The notes beneath the pieces are model-generated. The model ran no database searches, was not told where the DNA came from, and worked only from the letters and a program-made list of their open reading frames with translations. A DNA stretch of 64,000 nucleotides from Eledone cirrhosa (taxonomy: Eukaryota): NCBI GenBank assembly GCA_964016885.1, contig OZ024743.1, forward strand, positions 325,128,001 to 325,192,000, in the 5' to 3' direction. Below are positions 41,480-57,149 of the stretch, piece by piece. A program made the translations under genes and the position numbers. Position 1 is the first letter of the stretch, and the number at the start of each line of letters is the position of its first letter.

Positions 41480-43470
41480 TTGTAGCTACAGACCTGTGTA
41501 GAGAGACAACAACAATATACAGTGTGTTGTAGCTACAGACATCTGTAGAGAGACAACAACAATATACAGTGTGTTGTAGCTACAGACCTGTGTAGAGAGA
41601 CAACAACAATATACAGTGTGTTGTAGCTACAGATCTCCGTAGAGAGACAACAACAATATACAGTGGGTTGTAGCTACAGACCTCTGTAGAGACAACAACA
41701 ATATACAGTGTGTTGTAGCTACAGACCTCTGTAGAGAGACAACAATATACAGTGTGTTGTAGCTACAGACCTCTGTAGAGAGGCAATAATATACAGTGTG
41801 TTGTAGCTACAGACCTCTGTAGAGAGACAACAACAATATACAGTGTGTTGTAGCTACAGACCTCTTTAGAGAGACAACAATATACAGTGTGTTGTAGCTA
41901 CAGACCTCTGTAGAGAGACAATAATATACAGTGTGTTGTAGCTACAGACCTCTGTAGAGAGACAACAATATACAGTGTGTTGTAGCTACAGACCTCTGTA
42001 GAGAGACAACAACAATATACAGTGTGTTGTAGCTACAGACATCTGTAGAGAGACAACAACAATATACACTGTGTTGTAGCTACAGACCTCTGTAGAGAGA
42101 CAACAACAATATACAGTGTGTTGTAGCTACAGACCTCTGTAGAGAGACAACAACAATATACAGTGTGTTGTAGCTACAGACCTCTGTAGAGAGACAACAA
42201 CAATATACAGTGTGTTGTAGCTACAGATCCCTGTAGAGAGACGACAACAATATACAGTGTGTTGTAGCTACAGACCTCTGTAGAGAGACAACAACAATAT
42301 ACAGTGTGTTGTAGCTACAGACCTCTGTAGAGAGACAACAACAATATACAGTGTGTTGTAGCTACAGACCTCTGTAGAGAGACAACAACAATATACAGTG
42401 TGTTGTAGCTACAGATCTCTGTAGAGAGACAACAACAATATACAGTGGGTTGTAGCTACAGACTTCTGTAGAGAGACAACAACAATATACAGTGTGTTGT
42501 AGCTACAGACCTCTGTAGAGAGACAACAACAATATACAGTGTGTTGTAGCTACAGACCTCTGTAGAGAGACAGCAATATACAGTGTGTTGTAGCTACAGA
42601 CCTGTGTAGAGAGACAACAACAATATACAGTGTGTTGTAGCTACAGACATCTGTAGAGAGACAACAACAATATACAGTGTGTTGTAGCTACAGACCTGTG
42701 TAGAGAGACAACAACAATATACAGTGTGTTGTAGCTACAGATCTCCGTAGAGAGACAACAACAATATACAGTGGGTTGTAGCTACAGACCTCTGTAGAGA
42801 CAACAACAATATACAGTGTGTTGTAGCTACAGACCTCTGTAGAGAGACAACAATATACAGTGTGTTGTAGCTACAGACCTCTGTAGAGAGGCAATAATAT
42901 ACAGTGTGTTGTAGCTACAGACCTCTGTAGAGAGACAACAACAATATACAGTGTGTTGTAGCTACAGACCTCTTTAGAGAGACAACAATATACAGTGTGT
43001 TGTAGCTACAGACCTCTATAGAGAGACAATAATATACAGTGTGTTGTAGCTACAGACCTCTGTAGAGAGACAACAATATACAGTGTGTTGTAGCTACAGA
43101 CCTCTGTAGAGAGACAACAACAATATACAGTGTGTTGTAGCTACAGACATCTGTAGAGAGACAACAACAATATACACTGTGTTGTAGCTACAGACCTCTG
43201 TAGAGAGACAACAACAATATACAGTGTGTTGTAGCTACAGACCTCTGTAGAGAGACAACAACAATATACAGTTTGTTGTAGCTACAGACCTCTGTAGAGA
43301 GACAACAACAATATACAGTGTGTTGTAGCTACAGATCCCTGTAGAGAGACGACAACAATATACAGTGTGTTGTAGCTACAGACCTCTGTAGAGAGACAAC
43401 AACAATATACAGTGTGTTGTAGCTACAGACCTCTGTAGAGAGACAACAACAATATACAGTGTGTTGTAGC
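41480..43470 (+). repeat. Local duplication at offset 1,108 bp (~24 monomers)
   Basis: The private allele GATCTCCGTAG is at 41632 and 42740, TCTTTAG at 41863/42971 and GATCCCTG at 42226/43334, all at offset 1,108. Confidence 0.8.
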
Positions 43471-46400
43471 TACAGACCTCTTTAGAGAGACAACAATATA
43501 CAGTGTGTTGTAGATACAGACCTCTGTAGAGAGACAACAATATACAGTGTGTTGTAGCTACAGACCTGTGTAGAGAGACAACAACAATATACAGTGTGTT
43601 GTAGCTACAGACCTCTGTAGAGAGACAACAATATACAGTGTGTTGTAGCTACAGACCTGTGTAGAGAGACAACAACAATATACAGTGTGTTGTAGCTACA
43701 GACCTCTGTAGATAGACAACAACAATATACAGTGAGTTTTAGCTACAGACCTCTGTAGAGAGACAACAACAATATACAGTGTGTTGTAGCTACAGACCGC
43801 TGTAGAGAGACAACAACAATATACAGTGTGTTGTAGCTACAGACCTCTGCATTGAGTCAACAATATACAGTGTGTTGTAGCTACAGACCTCTGTAGAGAG
43901 ACAACAATATACAGTGTGTTGTAGCTACAGACCTGTGTAGAGAGACAACAACAATATACAGTGTGTTGTAGCTACAGACCTCTGTAGAGAGACAACAATA
44001 TACAGTGTGTTGTAGCTACAGACCTGTGTAGAGAGACAACAACAATATACAGTGTGTTGTAGCTACAGACCTCTGTAGAGAGACAATAATATACAGAGTG
44101 TTGTAGCTACAGACCTCTGTAGAGAGACAACAACAATATACAGTGTGTTGTAGCTACAGACCTCTGTAGAGAGACAACAACAATATACAGTGTGTTGTAG
44201 CTACAGACCTGTGTAGAGAGAGAACAACAATATACAGTGTGTTGTAGCTACAGACTTCTGTAGAGAGACAACAACAATATACAGTGTGTTGTAGCTACAG
44301 ACATCTGTAGAGAGACAACAACAATATACAGTGTGTTGTAGCTACATACCTGTGTAGAGAGACAACAGCAATATACAGTGTGTTGTAGCTACAGATCTCT
44401 GTAGAGAGACAACAACAATATACAGTGGGTTGTAGCTACAGACCTCTGTAGAGACAACAACAATATACAGTGTGTTGTAGCTACAGACCTCTGTAGAGAG
44501 ACAACAATACACAGTGTGTTGTAGCTACAGACCTCTGTAGAGAGACAACAACAATATACAGTGTGTTGTAGCTACAGACCTCTGTAGAGAGACAACAACA
44601 ATATACAGTGTGTTGTAGCTACAGACCTCTGTAGAGACACAACAACAATATACAGTGTGTTGTAGCTACAGACCTGTGTAGAGAGACAACAACAATATAC
44701 AGTGTGTTGTAGCTACAGATCTCTGTAGAGAGACAACAACAATATACAGTGGGTTGTAGCTACAGACCTGTGTAGAGAGACAACAACAATATACAGTGTG
44801 TTGTAGCTACAGATCTCTGTAGAGAGACAACAACAATATACAGTGGGTTGTAGCTACAGACCTCTGTAGAGACAACAACAATATACAGTGTGTTGTAGCT
44901 ACAGACCTCTGTAGAGAGACAACAATATACAGTGTGTTGTAGCTACAGACCTCTGTAGAGAGGCAATAATATACAGTGTGTTGTAGCTACAGACCTCTGT
45001 AGAGAGACAACAACAATATACAGTGTGTTGTAGCTACAGACCTCTGTAGAGAGACAATAATATACAGTGTGTTGTAGCTACAGACCTCTGTAGAGAGACA
45101 ACAACAATATACAGTGTGTTGTAGCTACAGACCTCTGTAGAGAGACAACAACAATATACAGTGTGTTGTAGCTACAGACCTCTGTAGAGAGACAACAAAA
45201 ATATACAGTGTGTTGTAGCTACAGACCTCTGTAGAGAGACAGCAATATACAGTGTGTTGTAGCTACAGACCTCTGTAGAGAGACAACAATATACAGTGTG
45301 TTGTAGCTACAGACCTGTGTAGAGAGACAACAACAATATACAGTGTGTTGTAGCTACAGACCTCTGTAGAGAGACAACAACATACAGTGTGTTGTAGCTA
45401 CAGACCTGTGTAGAGATACAACAACAATATACAGTGTGTTGTAGCTACAGACCTCTGTAGAGAGACAACAACAATATACAGTGAGTTTTAGCTACAGACC
45501 TCTGTAGAGAGACAACAACAATATACAGTGTGTTGTAGCTACAGACCGCTGTAGAGAGACAACAACAATATACAGTGTGTTGTAGCTACAGACCTCTGCA
45601 TTGAGACAACAATATACAGTGTGTTGTAGCTACAGACCTCTGTAGAGAGACAACAACAATATACAGTGTGTTGTAGCTACAGACCTCTGTAGAGAGACAA
45701 TAATATACAGTGTGTTGTAGCTACAAACCTCTGTAGAGAGACAGCAACAATATACAGTGTGTTGTAGCTACAGACCTCTGTAGAGAGACGACAACAATAT
45801 ACAGTGTGTTGTAGCTACAGACCTGTGTAGAGAGACAACAACAATATACAGTGTGTTGTAGCTACAGACTTCTGTAGAGAGACAACAACAATATACAGTG
45901 TGTTGTAGCTACAGACATCTGTAGAGAGACAACAACAATATACAGTGTGTTGTAGCTACATACCTGTGTAGAGAGACAACAGCAATATACAGTGTGTTGT
46001 AGCTACAGATCTCTGTAGAGAGACAACAACAATATACAGTGGGTTGTAGCTACAGACCTCTGTAGAGACAACAACAATATACAGTGTGTTGTAGCTACAG
46101 ACCTCTGTAGAGAGACAACAATACACAGTGTGTTGTAGCTACAGACCTCTGTAGAGAGACAACAACAATATACAGTGTGTTGTAGCTACAGACCTCTGTA
46201 GAGAGACAACAACAATATACAGTGTGTTGTAGCTACAGACCTCTGTAGAGAGACAACAACAATATACAGTGTGTTGTAGCTACAGACCTGTGTAGAGAGA
46301 CAACAACAATATACAGTGTGTTGTAGCTACAGACATCTGTAGAGAGACAACAACAATATACAGTGTGTTGTAGCTACAGACCTGTGTAGAGAGACAACAA

Positions 46401-49400
46401 CAATATACAGTGTGTTGTAGCTACAGACCTCTGTAGAGAGACAACAATATACAGTGTGTTGTAGCTACAGACCTCTGTAGAGAGGCAATAATATACAGTG
46501 TGTTGTAGCTACAGACCTCTGTAGAGAGACAACAACAATATACAGTGTGTTGTAGCTACAGACCTGTGTAGAGAGACAACAACAATATACAGTGTGTTGT
46601 AGCTACAGACCTGTGTAGAGAGACAACAACAATATACAGTGTGTTGTAGCTACAGATCTCTGTAGAGAGACAACAACAATATACAGTGGGTTGTAGCTAC
46701 AGACCTCTGTAGAAACAACAACAATATACAGTGTGTTGTAGCTACAGACCTCTGTAGAGAGACAACAATATACAGTGTGTTGTAGCTACAGACCTCTGTA
46801 GAGAGGCAATAATATACAGTGTGTTGTAGCTACAGACCTCTGTAGAGAGACAACAACAATATACAGTGTGTTGTAGCTACAGACCTCTGTAGAGAGACAA
46901 TAATATACAGTGTGTTGTAGCTACAGACCTCTGTAGAGAGACAACAACAATATACAGTGTGTTGTAGCTACAGACCTGTGTAGAGAGACAACAACAATAT
47001 ACAGTGTGTTGTAGCTACAGACCTGTGTAGAGAGACAACAACAATATACAGTGTGTTGTAGCTACAGACCTCTGTAGAGAGACAATAATATACAGTGTGT
47101 TGTAGCTACAGACCTCTGTAGGGAGACAACAACAATATACAGTGTGTTGTAGCTACAGACCTCTGTAGAGAGACAACAACAATATACCGTGTGTTGTAGC
47201 TACAGACCTCTGTAGAGAGACAACAACAATATACAGTGTGTTGTAGCTACAGACCTCTGTAGAGAGACAACAACAATATACAGTGTGTTGTAGCTACAGA
47301 TCTCTGTAGAGAGACAACAACAATATACAGTGGGTTGTAGCTACAGACTTCTGTAGAGAGACAACAACAATATACAGTGTGTTGTAGCTACAGACCTCTG
47401 TAGAGAGACAACAACAATATACAGTGTGTTGTAGCTACAGACCTCTGTAGAGAGACAGCAATATACAGTGTGTTGTAGCTACAGACCTCTGTAGAGAGAC
47501 AACAATATACAGTGTGTTGTAGCTACAGACCTCTGTAGAGAGACAACAACAATATACAGTGTGTTGTAGCTACAGATCTCTGTAGAGAGACAACAACAAT
47601 ATACAGTATGTTGTAGTTACAGACCTCTGTAGAGAGACAACAACAATATACAGTGTGTTGTAGCTACAGACCTCTGTAGAGAGACAACAACAATATACAG
47701 TGTGTTGTAGCTACAGACCTCTGTAGAGAGACAACAACAATATACAGTGTGTTGTAGCTACAGACCTGTGTAGAGAGACAACAACAATATACAGTGTGTT
47801 GTAGCTACAGACATCTGTAGAGAGACAACAACAATATACAGTGTGTTGTTGCTACAGACCTGTGTAGAGAGACAACAACAATATACAGTGTGTTGTAGCT
47901 ACAGATCTCTGTAGAGAGACAACAACAATATACAGTGGGTTGTAGCTACAGACCTCTGTAGAGACAACAACAATATACAGTGTGTTGTAGCTACAGACCT
48001 CTGTAGAGAGACAACAATATACAGTGTGTTGTAGCTACAGACCTCTGTAGAGAGGCAATAATATACAGTGTGTTGTAGCTACAGACCTCTGTAGAGAGAC
48101 AACAACAATATACAGTGTGTTGTAGCTACAGACCTCTTTAGAGAGACAACAATATACAGTGTGTTGTAGCCCTAGACCTCTGTAGAGAGACAATAATATA
48201 CAGTGTGTTGTAGCTACAGACCTCTGTAGAGAGACAACAATATACAGTGTGTTGTAGCTACAGACCTCTGTAGAGAGACAACAACAATATACAGTGTGTT
48301 GTAGCTACAGACATCTGTAGAGAGACAACAACAATATACACTGTGTTGTAGCTACAGACCTCTGTAGAGAGACAACAACAATATACAGTGTGTTGTAGCT
48401 ACAGACCTCTGTAGAGAGACAACAACAATATACAGTGTGTTGTAGCTACAGACCTCTGTAGAGAGACAACAACAATATATAAGTGTGTTGTAGCTACAGA
48501 TCCCTGTAGAGAGACGACAACAATATACAGTGTGTTGTAGCTACAGACCTCTGTAGAGAGACAACAACAATATACAGTGTGTTGTAGCTACAGACCTCTG
48601 TAGAGAGACAACAACAATATACAGTGTGTTGTAGCTACAGACCTCTGTAGAGAGACAGCAATATACAGTGTGTTGTAGCTACAGACCTCTGTAGAGAGAC
48701 AACAATATACAGTGTGTTGTAGCTACAGACCTGTGTAGAGAGACAACAACAATATACAGTGTGTTGTAGCTACAGACCTCTGTAGAGAGACAACAATATA
48801 CAGTGTGTTGTAGCTACAGACCTGTGTAGAGAGACAACAACAATATACAGTGTGTTGTAGCTACAGACCTCTGTAGAGAGACAACAACAATATACAGTGA
48901 GTTTTAGCTACAGACCTCTGTAGAGAGACAACAACAATATACAGTGTGTTGTAGCTACAGACCGCTGTAGAGAGACAACAACAATATACAGTGTGTTGTA
49001 GCTACAGACCTCTGCATTGAGACAACAATATACAGTGTGTTGTAGCTACAGACCTCTGTAGAGAGACAACAACAATATACAGTGTGTTGTAGCTACAGAC
49101 CTCTGTAGAGAGACAATAATATACAGTGTGTTGTAGCTACGGACCTCTGTAGAGAGACAACAACAATATACAGTGTGTTGTAGCTACAGACCTCTGTAGA
49201 GAGACAACAACAATATACAGTGTGTTGTAGCTACAGACCTGTGTAGAGGGACAACAACAATATACAGTGTGTTGTAGCTACAGACTTCTGTAGAGAGACA
49301 ACAACAATATACAGTGTGTTGTAGCTACAGACATCTGTAGAGAGACAACAACAATATACAGTGTGTTGTAGCTACATACCTGTGTAGAGAGACAACAGCA

Positions 49401-52400
49401 ATATACAGTGTGTTGTAGCTACAGATCTCTGTAGAGAGACAACAACAATATACAGTGGGTTGTAGCTACAGACCTCTGTAGAGACAACAACAATATACAG
49501 TGTGTTGTAGCTACAGACCTCTGTAGAGAGACAACAATACACAGTGTGTTGTAGCTACAGACCTCTGTAGAGAGACAATAACAATATACAGTGTGTTGTA
49601 GCTACAGACCTCTGTAGAGAGACAACAACAATATACAGTGTGTTGTAGCTACAGACCTCTGTAGAGAGACAACAACAATATACAGTGTGTTGTAGCTACA
49701 GACCTGTGTAGAGAGACAACAACAATATACAGTGTGTTGTAGCTACAGACATCTGTAGAGAGACAACAACAATATACAGTGTGTTGTAGCTACAGACCTG
49801 TGTAGAGAGACAACAACAATATACAGTGTGTTGTAGCTACAGATCTCTGTAGAGAGACAACAACAATATACAGTGGGTTGTAGTTACAGACCTCTGTAGA
49901 GACAACAACAATATACAGTGTGTTGTAGCTACAGACCTCTGTAGAGAGACAACAATATACAGTGTGTTGTAGCTACAGACCTCTGTAGAGAGGCAATAAT
50001 ATACAGTGTGTTGTAGCTACAGACCTCTGTAGAGAGACAACAACAATATACAGTGTGTTGTAGCTACAGACCTCTGTAGAGAGACAACAACAATATACTG
50101 TGTGTTGTAGCTACAGACCTCTGTAGAGAGACAACAACAATATACAGTGTGTTGTAGCTACATACCTGTGTAGAGAGACAACAGCAATATACAGTGTGTT
50201 GTAGCTACAGATCTCTGTAGAGAGACAACAACAATATACAGTGGGTTGTAGCTACAGACCTCTGTAGAGACAACAACAATATACAGTGTGTTGTAGCTAC
50301 AGACCTCTGTAGAGAGACAACAATACACAGTGTGTTGTAGCTACAGACCTCTGTAGAGAGACAACAACGATATACAGTGTGTTGTAGCTACAGACCTGTG
50401 TAGAGAGACAACAACAATATACAGTGTGTTGTAGCTACAGACCTGTGTAGAGAGACAACAACAATATACAGTGTGTTGTAGCTACAGACCTCTGTAGAGA
50501 GACAATAATATACAGTGTGTTGTAGCTACAGACCTCTGTAGGGAGACAACAACAATATACAGTGTGTTGTAGCTACAGACCTCTGTAGAGAGACAACAAC
50601 AATATACAGTGTGTTGTAGCTACAGACCTCTGTAGAGAGACAATAATATACAGTGTGTTGTAGCTACAGACCTCTGTAGAGAGACAACAACAATATACAG
50701 TGTGTTGTAGCTACAGACCTCTGTAGAGAGACAACAACAATATACAGTGTGTTGTAGCTACAGACCTGTGTAGAGAGACAACAACAATATACAGTGTGTT
50801 GTAGCTACAGACTTCTGTAGAGAGACAACAACAATATACAGTGTGTTGTAGCTACAGACATCTGTAGAGAGACAACAACAATATACAGTGTGTTGTAGCT
50901 ACATACCTGTGTAGAGAGACAACAGCAATATACAGTGTGTTGTAGCTACAGATCTCTGTAGAGAGACAACAACAATATACAGTGGGTTGTAGCTACAGAC
51001 CTCTGTAGAGAGACAACAACAATATACAGTGTGTTGTAGCTACAGACCGCTGTAGAGAGACAACAACAATATACAGTGTGTTGTAGCTACAGACCTCTGC
51101 ATTGAGACAACAATATACAGTGTGTTGTAGCTACAGACCTCTGTAGAGAGACAACAACAATATACAGTGTGTTGTAGCTACAGACCTCTGTAGAGAGACA
51201 ATAATATACAGTGTGTTGTAGCTACAGACCTCTGTAGAGAGACAACAACAATATACAGTGTGTTGTAGCTACAGACCTCTGTAGAGAGACAACAACAATA
51301 TACAGTGTGTTGTAGCTACAGACCTGTGTAGAGAGACAACAACAATATACAGTGTGTTGTAGCTACAGACTTCTGTAGAGAGACAACAACAATATACAGT
51401 GTGTTGTAGCTACAGACATCTGTAGAGAGACAACAACAATATACAGTGTGTTGTAGCTACATACCTGTGTAGAGAGACAACAGCAATATACAGTGTGTTG
51501 TAGCTACAGATCTCTGTAGAGAGACAACAACAATATACAGTGGGTTGTAGCTACAGACCTCTGTAGAGACAACAACAATATACAGTGTGTTGTAGCTACA
51601 GACCTCTGTAGAGAGACAACAATACACAGTGTGTTGTAGCTACAGACCTCTGTAGAGAGACAACAACAATATACAGTGTGTTGTAGCTACAGACCTCTGT
51701 AGAGAGACAACAACAATATACAGTGTGTTGTAGCTACAGACCTCTGTAGAGAGACAACAACAATATACAGTGTGTTGTAGCTACAGACCTGTGTAGAGAG
51801 ACAACAACAATATACAGTGTGTTGTAGCTACAGACATCTGTAGAGAGACAACAACAATATACAGTGTGTTGTAGCTACAGACCTGTGTAGAGAGACAACA
51901 ACAATATACAGTGTGTTGTAGCTACAGATCTCTGTAGAGAGACAACAACAATATACAGTGGGTTGTAGCTACAGACCTCTGTAGAGACAACAACAATATA
52001 CAGTGTGTTGTAGCTACAGACCTCTGTAGAGAGACAACAATATACAGTGTGTTGTAGCTACAGACCTCTGTAGAGAGGCAATAATATACAGTGTGTTGTA
52101 GCTACAGACCTCTGTAGAGAGACAACAACAATATACAGTGTGTTGTAGCTACAGACCTCTGTAGAGAGACAATAATATACAGTGTGTTGTAGCTACAGAC
52201 CTCTGTAGAGAGACAACAACGATATACAGTGTGTTGTAGCTACAGACCTGTGTAGAGAGACAACAACAATATACAGTGTGTTGTAGCTACAGACCTGTGT
52301 AGAGAGACAACAACAATATACAGTGTGTTGTAGCTACAGACCTCTGTAGAGAGACAATAATATACAGTGTGTTGTAGCTACAGACCTCTGTAGGGAGACA

Positions 52401-55400
52401 ACAACAATATACAGTGTGTTGTAGCTACAGACCTCTGTAGAGAGACAACAACAATATACAGTGTGTTGTAGCTACAGACCTCTGTAGAGAGCCAATAATA
52501 TACAGTGTGTTGTAGCTACAGACCTCTGTAGAGAGACAACAACAATATACAGTGTGTTGTAGCTACAGACCAGTGTAGAGAGACAACAACAATATACAGT
52601 GTGTTGTAGCTACAGACTTCTGTAGAGAGACAACAACAATATACAGTGTGTTGTAGCTACAGACATCTGTAGAGAGACAACAACAATATACAGTGTGTTG
52701 TAGCTACATACCTGTGTAGAGAGACAACAGCAATATACAGTGTGTTGTAGCTACAGATCTCTGTAGAGAGACAACAACAATATACAGTGGGTTGTAGCTA
52801 CAGACCTCTGTAGAGACAACAACAATATACAGTGTGTTGTAGCTACAGACCTCTGTAGAGAGACAACAATACACAGTGTGTTGTAGCTACAGACCTCTGT
52901 AGAGAGACAACAACAATATACAGTGTGTTGTAGCTACAGACCTCTGTAGAGAGACAACAACAATATACAGTGTGTTGTAGCTACAGACCTCTGTAGAGAG
53001 ACAACAACAATATACAGTGTGTTGTAGCTACAGACCTGTGTAGAGAGACAACAACAATATACAGTGTGTTGTAGCTACAGACATCTGTAGAGAGACAACA
53101 ACAATATACAGTGTGTTGTAGCTACAGACCTGTGTAGAGAGACAACAACAATATACAGTGTGTTGTAGCTACAGATCTCTGTAGAGAGACAACAACAATA
53201 TACAGTGGGTTGTAGCTACAGACCTCTGTAGAGACAACACCAATATACAGTGTGTTGTAGCTACAGACCTCTGTAGAGAGACAACAATATACAGTGTGTT
53301 GTAGCTACAGACCTCTGTAGAGAGGCAATAATATACAGTGTGTTGTAGCTACAGACCTCTGTAGAGAGACAACAACAATATACAGTGTGTTGTAGCTACA
53401 GACCTCTGTAGAGAGACAATAATATACAGTGTGTTGTAGCTACAGACCTCTGTAGAGAGACAACAACAATATACAGTGTGTTGTAGCTACAGACCTGTGT
53501 AGAGAGACAACAACAATATACAGTGTGTTGTAGCTACAGACCTGTGTAGAGAGACAACAACAATATACAGTGTGTTGTAGCTACAGACCTCTGTAGAGAG
53601 ACAATAATATACAGTGTGTTGTAGCTACAGACCTCTGTAGGGAGACAACAACAATATACAGTGTGTTGTAGCTACAGACCTCTGTAGAGAGACAACAACA
53701 ATATACAGTGTGTTGTAGCTACAGACCTCTGTAGAGAGACAACAACAATATACAGTGTGTTGTAGCTACAGACCTCTGTAGAGAGACAACAACAATATAC
53801 AGTGTGTTGTAGCTACAGATCTCTGTAGAGAGACAACAACAATATACAGTGGGTTGTAGCTACAGACTTCTGTAGAGAGACAACAACAATATACAGTGTG
53901 TTGTAGCTACAGACCTCTGTAGAGAGACAACAACAATATACAGTGTGTTGTAGCTACAGACCTCTGTAGAGAGACAGCAATATACAGTGTGTTGTAGCTA
54001 CAGACCTCTGTAGAGAGACAACAATATACAGTGTGTTGTAGCTACAGACCTCTGTAGAGAGACAACAACAATATACAGTGTGTTGTAGCTACAGATCTCT
54101 GTAGAGAGACAACAACAATATACAGTGTGTTGTAGCTACAGACCTCTGTAGAGAGACAACAACAATATACAGTGTGTTGTAGCTACAGACCTCTGTAGAG
54201 AGACAACAACAATATACAGTGTGTTGTAGCTACAGACCTCTGTAGAGAGACAACAACAATATACAGTGTGTTGTAGCTACAGACCTGTGTAGAGAGACAA
54301 CAACAATATACAGTGTGTTGTAGCTACAGACATCTGTAGAGAGACAACAACAATATACAGTGTGTTGTAGCTACAGACCTGTGTAGAGAGACAACAACAA
54401 TATACAGTGTGTTGTAGCTACAGATCTCTGTAGAGAGACAACAACAATATACAGTGGGTTGTAGCTACAGACCTCTGTAGAGACAACAACAATATACAGT
54501 GTGTTGTAGCTACAGACCTCTGTAGAGAGACAACAATATACAGTGTGTTGTAGCTACAGACCTCTGTAGAGAGGCAATAATATACAGTGTGTTGTAGCTA
54601 CAGACCTCTGTAGAGAGACAACAACAATATACAGTGTGTTGTAGCTACAGACCTCTTTAGAGAGACAACAATATACAGTGTGTTGTAGCTACAGACCTCT
54701 GTAGAGAGACAACAACAATATACAGTGTGTTGTAGCTACAGACCTCTGTAGAGAGACAACAACAATATACAGTGTGTTGTAGCTACAGATCTCTGTAGAG
54801 AGACAACAACAATATACAGTGGGTTGTAGCTACAGACTTCTGTAGAGAGACAACAACAATATACAGTGTGTTGTAGCTACAGACCTCTGTAGAGAGACAA
54901 CAACAATATACAGTGTGTTGTAGCTACAGACCTCTGTAGAGAGACAGCAATATACAGTGTGTTGTAGCTACAGACCTCTGTAGAGAGACAACAATATACA
55001 GTGTGTTGTAGCTACAGACCTCTGTAGAGACAACAACAATATACAGTGTGTTGTAGCTACAGACCTCTGTAGAGAGACAACAATACACAGTGTGTTGTAG
55101 CTACAGACCTCTGTAGAGAGACAACAACAATATACAGTGTGTTGTAGCTACAGACCTCTGTAGAGAGACAACAACAATATACAGTGTGTTGTAGCTACAG
55201 ACCTCTGTAGAGAGACAACAACAATATACAGTGTGTTGTAGCTACAGACCTGTGTAGAGAGACAACAACAATATACAGTGTGTTGTAGCTACAGACATCT
55301 GTAGAGAGACAACAACAATATACAGTGTGTTGTAGCTACAGACCTGTGTAGAGAGACAACAACAATATACAGTGTGTTGTAGCTACAGATCTCTGTAGAG

Positions 55401-57149
55401 AGACAACAACAATATACAGTGGGTTGTAGCTACAGACCTCTGTAGAGACAACAACAATATACAGTGTGTTGTAGCTACAGACCTCTGTAGAGAGACAACA
55501 ATATACAGTGTGTTGTAGCTACAGACCTCTGTAGAGAGGCAATAATATACAGTGTGTTGTAGCTACAGACCTCTGTAGAGAGACAACAACAATATACAGT
55601 GTGTTGTAGCTACAGACCTCTGTAGAGAGACAATAATATACAGTGTGTTGTAGCTACAGACCTCTGTAGAGAGACAACAACAATATACAGTGTGTTGTAG
55701 CTACAGACCTGTGTAGAGAGACAACAACAATATACAGTGTGTTGTAGCTACAGACCTGTGTAGAGAGACAACAACAATATACAGTGTGTTGCAGCTACAG
55801 ACCTCTGTAGAGAGACAATAATATACAGTGTGTTGTAGCTACAGACCTCTGTAGGGAGACAACAACAATATACAGTGTGTTGTAGCTACAGACCTCTGTA
55901 GAGAGACAACAACAATATACAGTGTGTTGTAGCTACAGACCTCTGTAGAGAAACAACAACAATATACAGTGTGTTGTAGCTACAGATCTCTGTAGAGAGA
56001 CAACAACAATATACAGTGGGTTGTAGCTACAGACTTCTGTAGAGAGACAACAACAATATACAGTGTGTTGTAGCTACAGACCTCTGTAGAGAGACAACAA
56101 CAATATACAGTGTGTTGTAACTACAGACCTCTGTAGAGAGACAGCAATATACAGTGTGTTGTAGCTACAGACCTCTGTAGAGAGACAACAATATACAGTG
56201 TGTTGTAGCTACAGACCTCTGTAGAGAGACAACAACAATATACAGTGTGTTGTAGCTACAGATCTCTGTAGAGAGACAACAACAATATACAGTGTGTTGT
56301 AGCTACAGACCTCTGTAGAGAGACAACAACAATATACAGTGTGTTGTAGCTACAGACCTCTGTAGAGAGACAACAACAATATACAGTGTGTTGTAGCTAC
56401 AGACCTCTGTAGAGAGACAACAACAATATACAGTGTGTTGTAGCTACAGACCTGTGTAGAGAGACAACAACAATATACAGTGTGTTGTAGCTACAGACAT
56501 CTGTAGAGAGACAACAACAATATACAGTGTGTTGTAGCTACAGACCTGTGTAGAGAGACAACAACAATATACAGTGTGTTGTAGCTACAGATCTCTGTAG
56601 AGAGACAACAACAATATACAGTGGGTTGTAGCTACAGACCTCTGTAGAGACAACAACAATATACAGTGTGTTGTAGCTACAGACCTCTGTAGAGAGACAG
56701 CAATATACAGTGTGTTGTAGCTACAGACCTCTGTAGAGAGGCAATAATATACAGTGTGTTGTAGCTACAGACCTCTTTAGAGAGACAACAATATACAGTG
56801 TGTTGTAGCTACAGACCTCTGTAGAGAGACAATAATATACAGTGTGTTGTAGCTACAGACCTCTGTAGAGAGACAACAATATACAGTGTGTTGTAGCTAC
56901 AGACCTCTGTAGAGAGACAACAACAATATACAGTGTGTTGTAGCTACAGACATCTGTAGAGAGACAACAACAATATACACTGTGTTGTAGCTACAGACCT
57001 CTGTAGAGAGACAACAACAATATACAGTGTGTTGTAGCTACAGACCTCTGTAGAGAGACAACAACAATATACAGTGTGTTGTAGCTACAGACCTCTGTAG
57101 AGAGACAACAACAATATACAGTGTGTTGTAGCTACAGACCTCTGTAGAG

